Shown: positions 10,132-20,591 of the stretch, in pieces | How the letters are laid out: the number at the start of each line of letters is the position of its first letter | Numbering within the stretch: position 1 is the stretch's first letter | Source of the DNA: Gemmatimonadales bacterium | GTDB lineage: Bacteria; Gemmatimonadota; Gemmatimonadetes; Gemmatimonadales; GWC2-71-9 | Assembly (NCBI GenBank): GCA_035631795.1 | Contig: DASQIB010000027.1 | Span: 1,910 to 65,909, forward strand | DNA: 64,000 bases | Direction: 5' to 3' | Translations under genes and position numbers: made by a program | Notes under the pieces: model-generated | What the model saw: the letters and a program-made list of their open reading frames with translations, nothing else | Told to the model about the DNA's origin: nothing | Databases searched by the model: none

Positions 10132-11144
10132 GCGTTTGGGCGGCGATTCTGGCCGGCGGCTCGGGCACCCGATTCTGGCCGCTCTCGACGCCCGAGCGGC
10201 CCAAGCAGCTGCTGCCGCTCGTCGGCGACCGGCCCCTGCTCGTCCAGGCGGTGGAGCGCCTCGACGGGCTCGTCCCGCCCGAGCGGATTCTCATCCTCAC
10301 CGGCCCCTTCCTGGTCGACCAGGTGGCGCGAGCGGTGCCCCAGATTCCGCGTGCCCAGGTCTTCGCCGAGCCGCGCGCGGCGTCCACGGCGCCGGCGCTG
10401 GTGTGGGCGGCCAACTGGATCTCCCAACGGGAGCCGGGTGGCGGCGCCCAGATGCTCTCACTGCACGCCGATTGGGCCGTCAGCGACGACCGGGCCTTCC
10501 GCGCGGCCGCCCGCCAGGCGCTCGGCGTCGCGGAGGAGTACGACGTGCTCGTGACGGTGGGCGTCAAGCCGTCGCGGAACGAGACCGGATACGGCTACGT
10601 GATCCCGGGCAAGACCCTCGGCGGCGCGCGCACCGTGCGCCGGTTCCTCGAAAAGCCGTCGCCCGCGCGCGCCGCGTTGCTACGCCGGCAGGGGGCCCTC
10701 TGGAATACGGGGCTCTTTGCCTGGGGCGTCGCACGCTTCCTGGGCGAAGCCGGGGCGTATGCCCGTGAGCTCAAGCCCGGGTGGACGGCGCTCGCCGCCG
10801 GCGACGTGGCCGGGTTTTTCAGCGCCGTCCGGCCCGTCGCCGTGGACGTGGCCGTGCTGGAGCGCACCAAGCGGCTCGCGGTCGTAACCGGCACCTTCGA
10901 CTGGGACGACATCGGCTCGTGGGACGCCTTGTTACGGATTCGCAAGCCCGATGCCCGGGGCAACGTGGTGGTCGGGAACGCGACCGTCGCCGAAGATGTG
11001 CGCCGCTCGGTCATCTGGTCCGAGAGCGAGCACGTCGCGGTCGTGGGCCTGGAAGACATGGTCGTGGTGCGTGCGAACGGTCACACGCTCGTGATGCCCA
11101 CCGGACGCGCCGAGCGCCTGAAGGAGCTGGTGCAGCGACTGTGA
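10128..11144 (+). CDS. mannose-1-phosphate guanylyltransferase-like sugar nucleotidyltransferase
   Basis: 338 aa. N-terminus AILAGGSGTRFWPLSTPERPKQLLPL is the NTP_transferase signature of the ManC/GMP family. No C-terminal PMI domain. Confidence 0.8.
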   Translation: MSVWAAILAGGSGTRFWPLSTPERPKQLLPLVGDRPLLVQAVERLDGLVPPERILILTGPFLVDQVARAVPQIPRAQVFAEPRAASTAPALVWAANWISQREPGGGAQMLSLHADWAVSDDRAFRAAARQALGVAEEYDVLVTVGVKPSRNETGYGYVIPGKTLGGARTVRRFLEKPSPARAALLRRQGALWNTGLFAWGVARFLGEAGAYARELKPGWTALAAGDVAGFFSAVRPVAVDVAVLERTKRLAVVTGTFDWDDIGSWDALLRIRKPDARGNVVVGNATVAEDVRRSVIWSESEHVAVVGLEDMVVVRANGHTLVMPTGRAERLKELVQRL

Positions 11145-12310
11145 GCCACGCCCTGTATCTCCTGGACCCCGACCCCGCGCCCGCCTGGGCGCCGTTCGCC
11201 GGTTCGCGCCCCCTGTGCGAGCTGCGCGCGGGCGCGCACTTGATTCGCGAGCGCTGGGAAATGTTCGTCGGCGCGGAAGCCGCGGGGATCTTCGCCCTGC
11301 CCCACCTCGCGGGGTTCTCGGAGCCCGGCGTGCCTCCGGTCGGGGCTCGGCGAGCGGTGGCCGGGCCGGTGGTGATCGGATCGTCCACGTTCGCGCCGTG
11401 CGGGCTCGCCCCGTCCCTACCTGAAGGCGCTTTCCGACTCACGAACGGCGGCATCACGGTCGGCTGGGGCGCCGGACCCGGCAGTACGTGGGACGGCCCG
11501 CAACCCCACGCGACGGCGGTAGAGGTCCCGGGCCTGGTCCTGCACGGCGTCTACGATCTGCTCCCCGCGCTCGAGCGCCTCCTGGGCGACGACACGCGCG
11601 CGCTGCTGGGCGATTCGGACCCGGTCCCGGCGGGGAGCATCGTGCTCGGAGACCCCGCGGCGATCGCGGTGCACGACGCCGCCGTGGAACCCGGCGTCGT
11701 CTTCGATGTACGCAACGGGCCGGTGGTGCTCGAGAGCGGCGCCGAGGTCCGCTCCGGCGCCCGGCTCGAGGGACCGCTCTGGGTCGGCCCGAACGCGCAC
11801 GTGCTCGGCGGTCCGATCCGCGCGTCGGCGATCGGCCCGCGCGTCAACGCGCGCGGTGAGCTGTCGAACTGTGTCTTCCTGGGCTACGGCAACAAAGCCC
11901 ACGACGGATTCGTGGGCCATTCGGTGATCGGCCGGTGGGCGAATCTCGGCGCGGGGACGATCACGTCGAACCTGAAGAACACGTATGGGCGCGTGCGCCT
12001 GGACGTGGCGGGCGCGGCGCTCGAGACCGGGCTGCAGTTCCTCGGCAGCCTGATCGGCGATCACGCCAAGACGGCGATCGGCACGCTGTTGTCGACCGGG
12101 ACGGTGATCGGCACGGGCGCGAGCGTGTTCGAGGGCGTGCGCGCGCCGAAGTACGTCCCCCCCTTCGCCTGGGGGAGCGACGGCGCCACACGGATGACAA
12201 AGGAAGGCTTCCTGAAGATCGCCGGTCGGGTGCTCCCGCGGCGTGACGTAGTGGTGGATGAGGCCACGCGGGCCCTGCTCGGTCGCATCTACGACTGGAA
12301 TTTGGGCTGA
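11141..12310 (+). CDS. putative sugar nucleotidyltransferase with left-handed beta-helix C-terminal domain
   Basis: Track ORF trimmed to the GTG at 11141 (GTGA overlap). C-terminal hexapeptide-like repeats (GYGNKAHDGFVGHSVIGRWANLGAGTITSNLKN). Confidence 0.65.
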   Translation: MSHALYLLDPDPAPAWAPFAGSRPLCELRAGAHLIRERWEMFVGAEAAGIFALPHLAGFSEPGVPPVGARRAVAGPVVIGSSTFAPCGLAPSLPEGAFRLTNGGITVGWGAGPGSTWDGPQPHATAVEVPGLVLHGVYDLLPALERLLGDDTRALLGDSDPVPAGSIVLGDPAAIAVHDAAVEPGVVFDVRNGPVVLESGAEVRSGARLEGPLWVGPNAHVLGGPIRASAIGPRVNARGELSNCVFLGYGNKAHDGFVGHSVIGRWANLGAGTITSNLKNTYGRVRLDVAGAALETGLQFLGSLIGDHAKTAIGTLLSTGTVIGTGASVFEGVRAPKYVPPFAWGSDGATRMTKEGFLKIAGRVLPRRDVVVDEATRALLGRIYDWNLG

Positions 12311-12381
12311 ATTTCCCGTTCCCCGTTGCTCATCGCGGGCGGACGGCGCACATTGGGAACCCCGGCGAAACGCGGCGCGCG

Positions 12382-14220
12382 ATGGCCCAGACCGAACAAT
12401 TCCGACGAGTCGGCAAGTTCGAGCTCCATGAGCTCATCGGGGAAGGTGCGATGGGCGCCGTGTGGAAAGCGTACGACTCGGTCATCCGGCGCTACGTCGC
12501 ACTCAAGCTCCTGTCGCGCGCGGGGCGCACCGCCGACGCGCGCGATCGTTTCCTCCGCGAAGCGCGCGCCGCGGGGGCGCTGCAACACCCGAACATCGTC
12601 ACCATCTACGACCTCGGCGAGTCCGACGGGCAGCTCTTCATCGCCATGGAGCTGGTCGATGGGCGCGACCTGAGCTCGCTCATCGCGTTGAGTGAGCCAC
12701 TCGCGCTCGAACGGAAGCTGGACATCGTCATCGAGGTTCTGCAGGGGCTGTCCTACGCGCATGAGCGCGGCGTGATTCACCGCGACATCAAACCGTCCAA
12801 CGTGCGCATCGCCTCCGACGGTTCGGTGAAGATCATGGATTTCGGGATCGCGCGGCTGCAGTCGGCGGATGCGACGGGTTCGGGCGCGATCATCGGCACC
12901 CCGACATACATGGCGCCGGAGCAGATCACGAATGGCGCCATCACTCCCGCGACGGACATCTTCGCGGTGGGCTGCCTGCTCTACGAGCTGCTCGCGTACC
13001 GCAAGCCGTTCGAGGGCGAGACGGTCCATGGTGTGCTCTACCAGGTGCTCACGACGGACCCGAAGCCACTCCGCACCATGGCGCTCTCCGTTCCCGCGGC
13101 CCTCGAGCGCGTCGTGGCGAAGGCCCTGAACAAGGTGCCCGAAGAGCGCTACGAGACGGCGCGCCAGATGCAGTCCGCGCTCTTCAGCATCCGTGCGGCG
13201 CTGTCCGGCGCGGCGGATACCACGGAGCGTATCAGCCTGCGGTGGTCGCCGATCCCCTCGGCCGTGCTCCGGCTGGTCACCCACGCCCCGCTCAAGTGGC
13301 GCGCCACCGTGTTGACGACGTTGATGGTCACGACGCTGGTGCTGCTGTACGTATCGCGGTCCCCGTCTCCCTCCGCCGCACCGTCTCCCGAGCCCGGCCT
13401 CGCGAACGCCACGCTCGACCAACTCCTGAGCTATCCCCTCCCGATGCACCTCAACCCGGCGCTGCTCGCGCAGCGGGACTCCGCACTCGCGGCCCGGGAC
13501 CGGGCGCAGCGGGCAGGCGCCATGAAGAACAACGTGCCGACGCTCATCCTCGCCGAGGCGGTGCTACAGAACGCCGAGCGCGCCTTGCGCTCCGGGGACG
13601 TGGCCCGCGCCGCCAGCGGCTATCTCAGCGCGATCCCCCAGTATCGCAAGTCACAGACCGAGGGCGAGGAGCTTCGCGTGGAGGCCGAACAGTCGATCGC
13701 GCGCGCCACACCGGTCGTCCACGCGCTCGCGACACGGCCGGAAGCGGGACGGGCCGCGACGTCGCTCGCACGGGCGGAATCGCTGTACACCGCGATGGAT
13801 TATGTGGTGTCCCGCATGGCGGCACTCGATGCGGAGCAGGTCGGGGTGGCGGCCGGCGTCGCTCCGCCGTCGCCCCAGCCGGCGAACACGCGCGACGCGA
13901 TCGGCGTGCTGCTGCAAGATCTGGAACGTGCCGTCTCGAGCGAGCGGGTGGGCAACCTGCAGGTGCTGATGCCGAGCATGGGGGACAAGGACGTGGCGGC
14001 GTGGCAGACCTTCTTCAAGCGCTATACCCAGCTCACCGCGCGCTATAGCGTCGAGCGCCTCAACCCGCGCGGCGACACGGTCTACGCGGCGGTCCGGACC
14101 TCCTACATGTACGTGCCGGCGGGGGGCGGCGCGCAGAGCGAAACCCGCCTCCGTCAGACGATCCGCTTCGCCCGGTCTCCCAACGGCTGGCGCATCGCGG
14201 ACATCCGTAACGCGCCCTGA
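12382..14220 (+). CDS. Ser/Thr protein kinase with TM segment and conserved C-terminal module
   Basis: 612 aa with Hanks motifs GEGAMGAVWKA, HRDIKPSN, DFGIA and TPTYMAPE. TM segment WRATVLTTLMVTTLVLLYV. C-terminal ~110 aa are homologous to the C-terminus of the kinase at 50753..52750. Confidence 0.85.
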   Translation: MAQTEQFRRVGKFELHELIGEGAMGAVWKAYDSVIRRYVALKLLSRAGRTADARDRFLREARAAGALQHPNIVTIYDLGESDGQLFIAMELVDGRDLSSLIALSEPLALERKLDIVIEVLQGLSYAHERGVIHRDIKPSNVRIASDGSVKIMDFGIARLQSADATGSGAIIGTPTYMAPEQITNGAITPATDIFAVGCLLYELLAYRKPFEGETVHGVLYQVLTTDPKPLRTMALSVPAALERVVAKALNKVPEERYETARQMQSALFSIRAALSGAADTTERISLRWSPIPSAVLRLVTHAPLKWRATVLTTLMVTTLVLLYVSRSPSPSAAPSPEPGLANATLDQLLSYPLPMHLNPALLAQRDSALAARDRAQRAGAMKNNVPTLILAEAVLQNAERALRSGDVARAASGYLSAIPQYRKSQTEGEELRVEAEQSIARATPVVHALATRPEAGRAATSLARAESLYTAMDYVVSRMAALDAEQVGVAAGVAPPSPQPANTRDAIGVLLQDLERAVSSERVGNLQVLMPSMGDKDVAAWQTFFKRYTQLTARYSVERLNPRGDTVYAAVRTSYMYVPAGGGAQSETRLRQTIRFARSPNGWRIADIRNAP

Positions 14221-14226
14221 GTCAGC

Positions 14227-14634
14227 TCAGTCCCACGCCCGCTCGGTCGGTAACGGCGGCGGTGGAATCGCCACCGAGTCCGCCCGGGCCGTCGGCGGGC
14301 CGACGCGCCGCAGGGTCACGGGCTTCTCCAGATCGCCGCCCGAGAGCGTGAGCTTCTCGCGGTCGAGCTTCATCCCATACACCTGCCAGACGCCGTCGCC
14401 CAAAGTGAGCCAGAGGCTGTCCCCCACCACGCGCCAGCGCGCGACCTGATCGCCGAACTGGGCCGAGCTGTCGCTCCGCACCATGATGTTGCGGATCTCG
14501 TCCTCGGTCTTGGCCTGCCACCGTCCTTCCAGGCGGGCCGGCTGCGCCTGCCGGGGGGGATCCGACGTCTGCCCGGCGAGGGATGCCGCGGCCGAGCCGA
14601 ACAGGATGAGTACCGCGGAGAGTCGAAGGATCAC
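14227..14634 (-). CDS. secreted hypothetical protein
   Basis: 135 aa, GTG start, signal peptide MILRLSAVLILFGSAAASLAGQ, GC3-rich codons. Confidence 0.55.
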   Translation of the reverse strand: MILRLSAVLILFGSAAASLAGQTSDPPRQAQPARLEGRWQAKTEDEIRNIMVRSDSSAQFGDQVARWRVVGDSLWLTLGDGVWQVYGMKLDREKLTLSGGDLEKPVTLRRVGPPTARADSVAIPPPPLPTERAWD

Positions 14635-14689
14635 GAGCGGTCGAGGTTCAGGGAGCCGATACCAAGATACCTACCCGGAGCGAGCCGGA

Positions 14690-15910
14690 TCAGGTCCCGG
14701 GCGATGACGGCGGGGTTGGCAGTTGCGGGGCGGGCGCCGCTCCCGCGGGCACGGGCGCCCGCTCATCGGTCATCACGGCCACCTGAGGCTCCCATTGACG
14801 CATCATGCGCAGGAACGCGCCCGCGAGCTCGGGATCGAACTCAGTCCCGGCGCGACCTTCCACATAGGCGAGGGCGCGCTCCTGGGGCCAGGCCTCTCGG
14901 TATGGCCGATTGGTCCGCAGCGCGTCGTAGACATCACATACATGCACGAGCTTGCTCGCCCGATGGCAGTCCCGCCGGTAGCGGAGCTTGGGATAGCCAT
15001 CGCCGTTGAGCATGATGTGATGCTCGTAGGCGACCACGGCGGGCAGGTCGAGCGCTTGCTCCGACTGGAGGATGATGCGCGCTCCCTCGGCCGGATGCTC
15101 GTTCATGAGTGCCCGCTCTTCATCGGTGAAGCGGCCGGGCTTGGTGAGCACCTCGAGGGGGATCTTCACCTTGCCGATGTCGTGGAGTAACCCAGCAACG
15201 CCGAAGGTCCGGACGTCGCGTGCCGGGAGCTCGAGCGATTCGGCGAGCGCCATTGCGAGCACCGCCACGTTCATGGAGTGCGTCGTAGTGTATTGATCGA
15301 ACTCCTTGAGCTGCAGCAGCGGAATCACGATCTCGTGGCCGCTGTGCATGGCGACCGCGAGCGAGCGCACGACCGCCTCCGCCTCGGTGAGCGGGAGAAC
15401 GCCGTGGCTTTTCACTTCGTCCTGCACCCAGCGGAGGGCATCGGCCTCTTCGCTCAACGAATAGGCGATCGTGGCCGTGGGGATCGCAGTAGCGGTCTTC
15501 TCATCCTCGCCGCGAATGCCCACGGCCCCGAACCGGATGCTGGAGCGGCGCAGCTGCCGTGCCTCGGACGTGTCGATCGCCGACAGGGTGAGGCGCGCCA
15601 GCACCTCGTCGAGAAACTCCTCGAACTCCTCACGGCTCACCGTGTCCGCGAACTCGAGGCGCTGGATCCCCGCCTGCGCGAGCCGCTGTCCCCAATCCCA
15701 CGCCTTCATCTCGCGCAAGGGCATCCGCCCGAACACGATCTCCTCGCCGAGGAAGGTGAAGAGCGGTTGCGCTTCCGTCGCCTGCAGGTCGCGCAGTTCC
15801 CTGTAGGCGTCGTCGATGGCCCGCTCGCGCGCGGGATGGCCTGGTGTGTAGAGCGTCATCCCGGCGAGGGCGTGCGCGAACGCGCCGAGAAAGGCCGCCG
15901 GTCCGCTCAC
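14690..15910 (-). CDS. HD-GYP domain protein (putative c-di-GMP phosphodiesterase)
   Basis: 406 aa with HDIGKVKIP ... HHIMLNGDGYP. GTGA overlap with the upstream HEAT-repeat gene. Confidence 0.85.
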   Translation of the reverse strand: MSGPAAFLGAFAHALAGMTLYTPGHPARERAIDDAYRELRDLQATEAQPLFTFLGEEIVFGRMPLREMKAWDWGQRLAQAGIQRLEFADTVSREEFEEFLDEVLARLTLSAIDTSEARQLRRSSIRFGAVGIRGEDEKTATAIPTATIAYSLSEEADALRWVQDEVKSHGVLPLTEAEAVVRSLAVAMHSGHEIVIPLLQLKEFDQYTTTHSMNVAVLAMALAESLELPARDVRTFGVAGLLHDIGKVKIPLEVLTKPGRFTDEERALMNEHPAEGARIILQSEQALDLPAVVAYEHHIMLNGDGYPKLRYRRDCHRASKLVHVCDVYDALRTNRPYREAWPQERALAYVEGRAGTEFDPELAGAFLRMMRQWEPQVAVMTDERAPVPAGAAPAPQLPTPPSSPGT

Positions 15911-17961
15911 CGGTGCCCGCCGGGGTCGGCGGCGTGGCGGATCTCGCGGTCGCCCGAGGCGGCCGCGCGCGCCAGGCGGGCGCGCGCGCGCGGGTTCTGC
16001 TGCCAGCCGGTGACGAGGGCCGCCAGGGCGACGAGGACCTCCGGCGACTTGGGCGGTAGCTTCTCGCGCCCGAACAGTGTTCGGCCGGCCGAGGTCAGCT
16101 GCAACAGCGTCTCGAGGGCTGCCGGCGTCGAGGTGTGGCCGAGCGCCCGGATCGCGAGCACGCGAAGGTCCGTGGGCAGGGCGCGGTCGATCGCACGGCT
16201 GATCAGCAGCGGGACGGCACCGTCCGGTGAACGTTGCAGTGCGACCGCGAGCCCCAGCGCGAGCCGCAGCGTGCGCGGGTCCTGATCCGCAAGGCCGGCG
16301 GCGAGCGCTTCATCCCGCCCTTCGGGAAGCTTGAGCTGCAGCTTGACGGCCTGGAGGCGCACCCGAGCGTCCGCGTGGTGCATGAACCGGACGGCGGAGA
16401 AGCCCGGGGGCACGCCGATCTCCTCGAGCAGCGTCAGCAGGTTGCGAGTCACGTACCACCGCGGGTCGTCGAGCCGCGCGATGACCGTGGGTGCGATGGC
16501 GGTGCCCATCTTCACGAGCTGCGCGAGGAGGCCGCGCCGGGTGCCGCGCGACTCGGCGGTCGCGAGCACGTCGAGCAGCGGCGCTGCTGCCGGCGGACCC
16601 ACGAGCGGCACGACGCGCTCGAGCGTCTTGAAGTCCACCGGCTCGCGGTTCGCGATGCGGCGCACCACGTCCGCTGTGGCGACGCGCCGCCGCACCACCC
16701 CGCTGGCTGCATTTTCCACCGTCACCGTGTCGAGGGCATCGAGCAGCTGCTCCAGCCGTCCTTCGCTGACGACCTGGTCCACCGCCGGATCGAGGCGCGG
16801 GCCCACCGTGCCGATCTCCAGGGCCATGGCGACGATCCGGTCGGGCTCCATGGCGTGGGCATCCGAACGCGCAGGGGTAGCGACCGGCGCGCTCCGCGCC
16901 ATGCGCTGCAACGCGACACCGTACGCTCCCGGGTTCGGATCGGGCAACGTCCAGCCGTCGAGCAGCCGGCGTACTTGATCGCGCAACGCCGCGTCGGCCT
17001 GAGGGCGCACGGCCTCGGCGCCCGTCTCCGCGTGCGCGGCCAGCTTCGAGAGCAGGCGAACGAGGGAGTGCGAGATCGTCTCCTGAGTCGTCTCCGCCGC
17101 GGCCGTGAGGATATCGAGCACGGCGTCCACGGCCATGCCGTCCGTGACATCCGCCACGAACTGGCGACGCTGCGTGAAGTCCCCTCCCATCAGCACGAGC
17201 CGCTGCAGCGCGTCGGGCTTGAGCGTCCGGATGAGCCGGGAGGTGCGACGCCGCAGGGCGGCCGCCTCCGTGCCACCCGCCGTCTTGAGCTCCGCGGCGA
17301 TCTGCAGCAGGTAGCCGACGATCACTTGATCGTAGGCGGCGTCTCCCCCACCCGTGGCGCGCGCATTGATCGCCTGGGCGATCACGGCCGGCTCGGTGGG
17401 CGTTGCGGCGTCCGGGGCGGTGGCGAGGGCCGCGCGGGCGAGTCCCACCCAGAGCTGCGCCCCTCGCGCATCGCCTTCCGCGCGTTCCCCGTCTTGCTCC
17501 GCGAGCTCGAGGCGCTCATAGGTGAGGGGATGCAGCTGCACGTGTGGCCACGCGTTGAGTCGCTCGGCGCCCTCGAGCCCGAGAGGCCGCCCGGTCCGGT
17601 CCGCCTCGGCGGCCAACGCCTTGAGCGCATCCGCCACCTCCGACGGGTCCACGCCCCGCCTGAACGTCACCGCCCCCAGATGGTGGCGGTGAAGCCGGCC
17701 CGCCAGCTCCCGCAGGACAGGGTGTTTGGGATCCGTCGCCACGCCCTCGATGACCAGCTGGTGGCGCGCCACACCGAGCGACAGCGTCGCGCGGTCTTCG
17801 AGCAGCAGCTCGGCCCGCCGGGTCAGCGCCGCCGCGGCGGGCTGGAGGGAGGGGTGGCCCTGGGGATACATGGCGTGCTTGTGCAAGGCGATGGAAAGCT
17901 CGACCAGGAAGTCAGCGAGGGCCCGCGAAAGGGTCGCGCGCTCAGGGGAGGGGGCGGGCAT
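15907..17961 (-). CDS. HEAT-repeat protein with N-terminal domain shared with the HD-GYP protein
   Basis: 684 aa. C-terminal HEAT/PBS-lyase-like repeats (DARVRLQAVKLQL..., LADQDPRTLRLAL...). N-terminus carries an MYPQGHP motif. Confidence 0.7.
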   Translation of the reverse strand: MPAPSPERATLSRALADFLVELSIALHKHAMYPQGHPSLQPAAAALTRRAELLLEDRATLSLGVARHQLVIEGVATDPKHPVLRELAGRLHRHHLGAVTFRRGVDPSEVADALKALAAEADRTGRPLGLEGAERLNAWPHVQLHPLTYERLELAEQDGERAEGDARGAQLWVGLARAALATAPDAATPTEPAVIAQAINARATGGGDAAYDQVIVGYLLQIAAELKTAGGTEAAALRRRTSRLIRTLKPDALQRLVLMGGDFTQRRQFVADVTDGMAVDAVLDILTAAAETTQETISHSLVRLLSKLAAHAETGAEAVRPQADAALRDQVRRLLDGWTLPDPNPGAYGVALQRMARSAPVATPARSDAHAMEPDRIVAMALEIGTVGPRLDPAVDQVVSEGRLEQLLDALDTVTVENAASGVVRRRVATADVVRRIANREPVDFKTLERVVPLVGPPAAAPLLDVLATAESRGTRRGLLAQLVKMGTAIAPTVIARLDDPRWYVTRNLLTLLEEIGVPPGFSAVRFMHHADARVRLQAVKLQLKLPEGRDEALAAGLADQDPRTLRLALGLAVALQRSPDGAVPLLISRAIDRALPTDLRVLAIRALGHTSTPAALETLLQLTSAGRTLFGREKLPPKSPEVLVALAALVTGWQQNPRARARLARAAASGDREIRHAADPGGHR

Positions 17962-18010
17962 CAGGGCCCTAAGATAGCAGGCGCAGCAAAACTAGACGTA
18001 CGGCGGTGAA

Positions 18011-18047
18011 CACAAAAACAGGGGTCAGGAAAACCCTGACCCCTGTT
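18011..18047 (-). terminator. rho-independent terminator of groES-groEL
   Basis: Perfect 13-bp stem AACAGGGGTCAGG / CCTGACCCCTGTT (18017-18029 / 18035-18047) with a 5-nt loop. On the minus strand it is followed by UUUUUGUG. Confidence 0.65.
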
Positions 18048-18060
18048 CACTATCAACCGC

Positions 18061-18087
18061 TGTGCGTCTGCTGCGTCTGTGCGTCTC
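18061..18087. repeat. tandem TGCGTCTG octamer array in groEL 3' UTR
   Basis: tgtgcgtctg-ctgcgtctg-tgcgtct lies between the groEL stop (18092) and the terminator. The same unit occurs at 55548-55570 and 55633-55655. Confidence 0.7.
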
Positions 18088-18091
18088 GGTG

Positions 18092-19726
<1,635 letters not shown>

Positions 19727-19748
19727 GTCCGATTCCTCCTAGAAGACC

Positions 19749-20063
19749 TCAGCCGAGCTTGGCGATGACGTCGGATTCCTTGATGAGAATGATTTCCTCG
19801 CCGTCCAATTCCACCTGGGTGCCGCTGTACTTCCCGTAGACCACCCGGTCGCCGACCTTCAACTCCATCGGGACCGCCTCCCCCTTCTCCCGGCGTCCGG
19901 GACCTACCGCGATCACCTCGCCCTGGATCGGCTTCTCCTTGGCCGTGTCGGGGATGTAGAGACCACCCTTCATGGTCTCCGTCTCCTCCATCGGTCGGAT
20001 GGCCACGCGATCCGCGAGCGGGAAGATCTTGAGCTTCGCCTTCGCAGCCGTTGCGGTTGCCAT
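19749..20063 (-). CDS. groS: co-chaperonin GroES
   Basis: Track ORF trimmed to the ATG at 20063, giving 104 aa. [15 protein letters not shown]...[29 protein letters not shown] Shine-Dalgarno upstream. Confidence 0.9.
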   Translation of the reverse strand: MATATAAKAKLKIFPLADRVAIRPMEETETMKGGLYIPDTAKEKPIQGEVIAVGPGRREKGEAVPMELKVGDRVVYGKYSGTQVELDGEEIILIKESDVIAKLG

Positions 20064-20118
20064 TGCGGTTCGACCTCCACTCCGGTACTTGGTCATAAGT
20101 TCTTGTGGGACAATGTTG

Positions 20119-20145
20119 TTAGCACTCTTCACCAACGAGTGCTAA
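20119..20145 (-). promoter_or_regulatory. CIRCE operator (HrcA binding site)
   Basis: TTAGCACTC-N9-GAGTGCTAA is a perfect match to the CIRCE consensus, 56 nt upstream of the groES start. On the minus strand a TTGACT -35-like hexamer overlaps its 5' half. Confidence 0.9.
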
Positions 20146-20183
20146 GTCAACAGCAGGGAATTTCTCCGCATGGACGAGGCATG

Positions 20184-20591
20184 TCAAGGGGGAGAAACGA
20201 GCCGTCGGACGTCGGGTGACGCGGCCAGCGAATCGACGATCGCGCGGGCCCGCTCGGCGTCCGTGGGCCCCAACGAATCGATCGGCGCTGACACCGCGGC
20301 CAGGATTTCGCCGGTCCGCGTGTCGGCGAGGCGGACGTGGAGCCACATCACCGCGGACGGCTCGAGCTCGCGAAACTCGAACGCGAACAAGTACGCTGTG
20401 GGCCCGCTCCCTCCGCGAACGTGATCGCGCACCGAAAACCCCCGGTGCCGAAGGCCTTCGGCGATGCCCCGGCCGAGCGAGTCGTGACGCGTGACGAGAA
20501 TCGCGTAGCTCTTGAGCGAGGACGGTGCTTCGTAGCGGGTGGTGGGGGCGCATGATAAGACAAAGGCGATGCCGATAAAGGCGCGCCTCAC
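20184..20591 (-). CDS. small lipoprotein, unknown function
   Basis: Track ORF trimmed to the GTG at 20591 (GTGA overlap with the NlpC/P60 gene stop). VRRAFIGIAFVLSCAP signal with lipobox. 135 aa. Confidence 0.5.
   Translation of the reverse strand: MRRAFIGIAFVLSCAPTTRYEAPSSLKSYAILVTRHDSLGRGIAEGLRHRGFSVRDHVRGGSGPTAYLFAFEFRELEPSAVMWLHVRLADTRTGEILAAVSAPIDSLGPTDAERARAIVDSLAASPDVRRLVSPP

Noticed and set aside
16234-18009. 591-aa plus-strand ORF antisense to the HEAT-repeat gene
   Set aside because: It is a shadow ORF with an Arg/Gly/His-rich composition. The minus-strand frame has coherent repeats and is translationally coupled to the HD-GYP gene.
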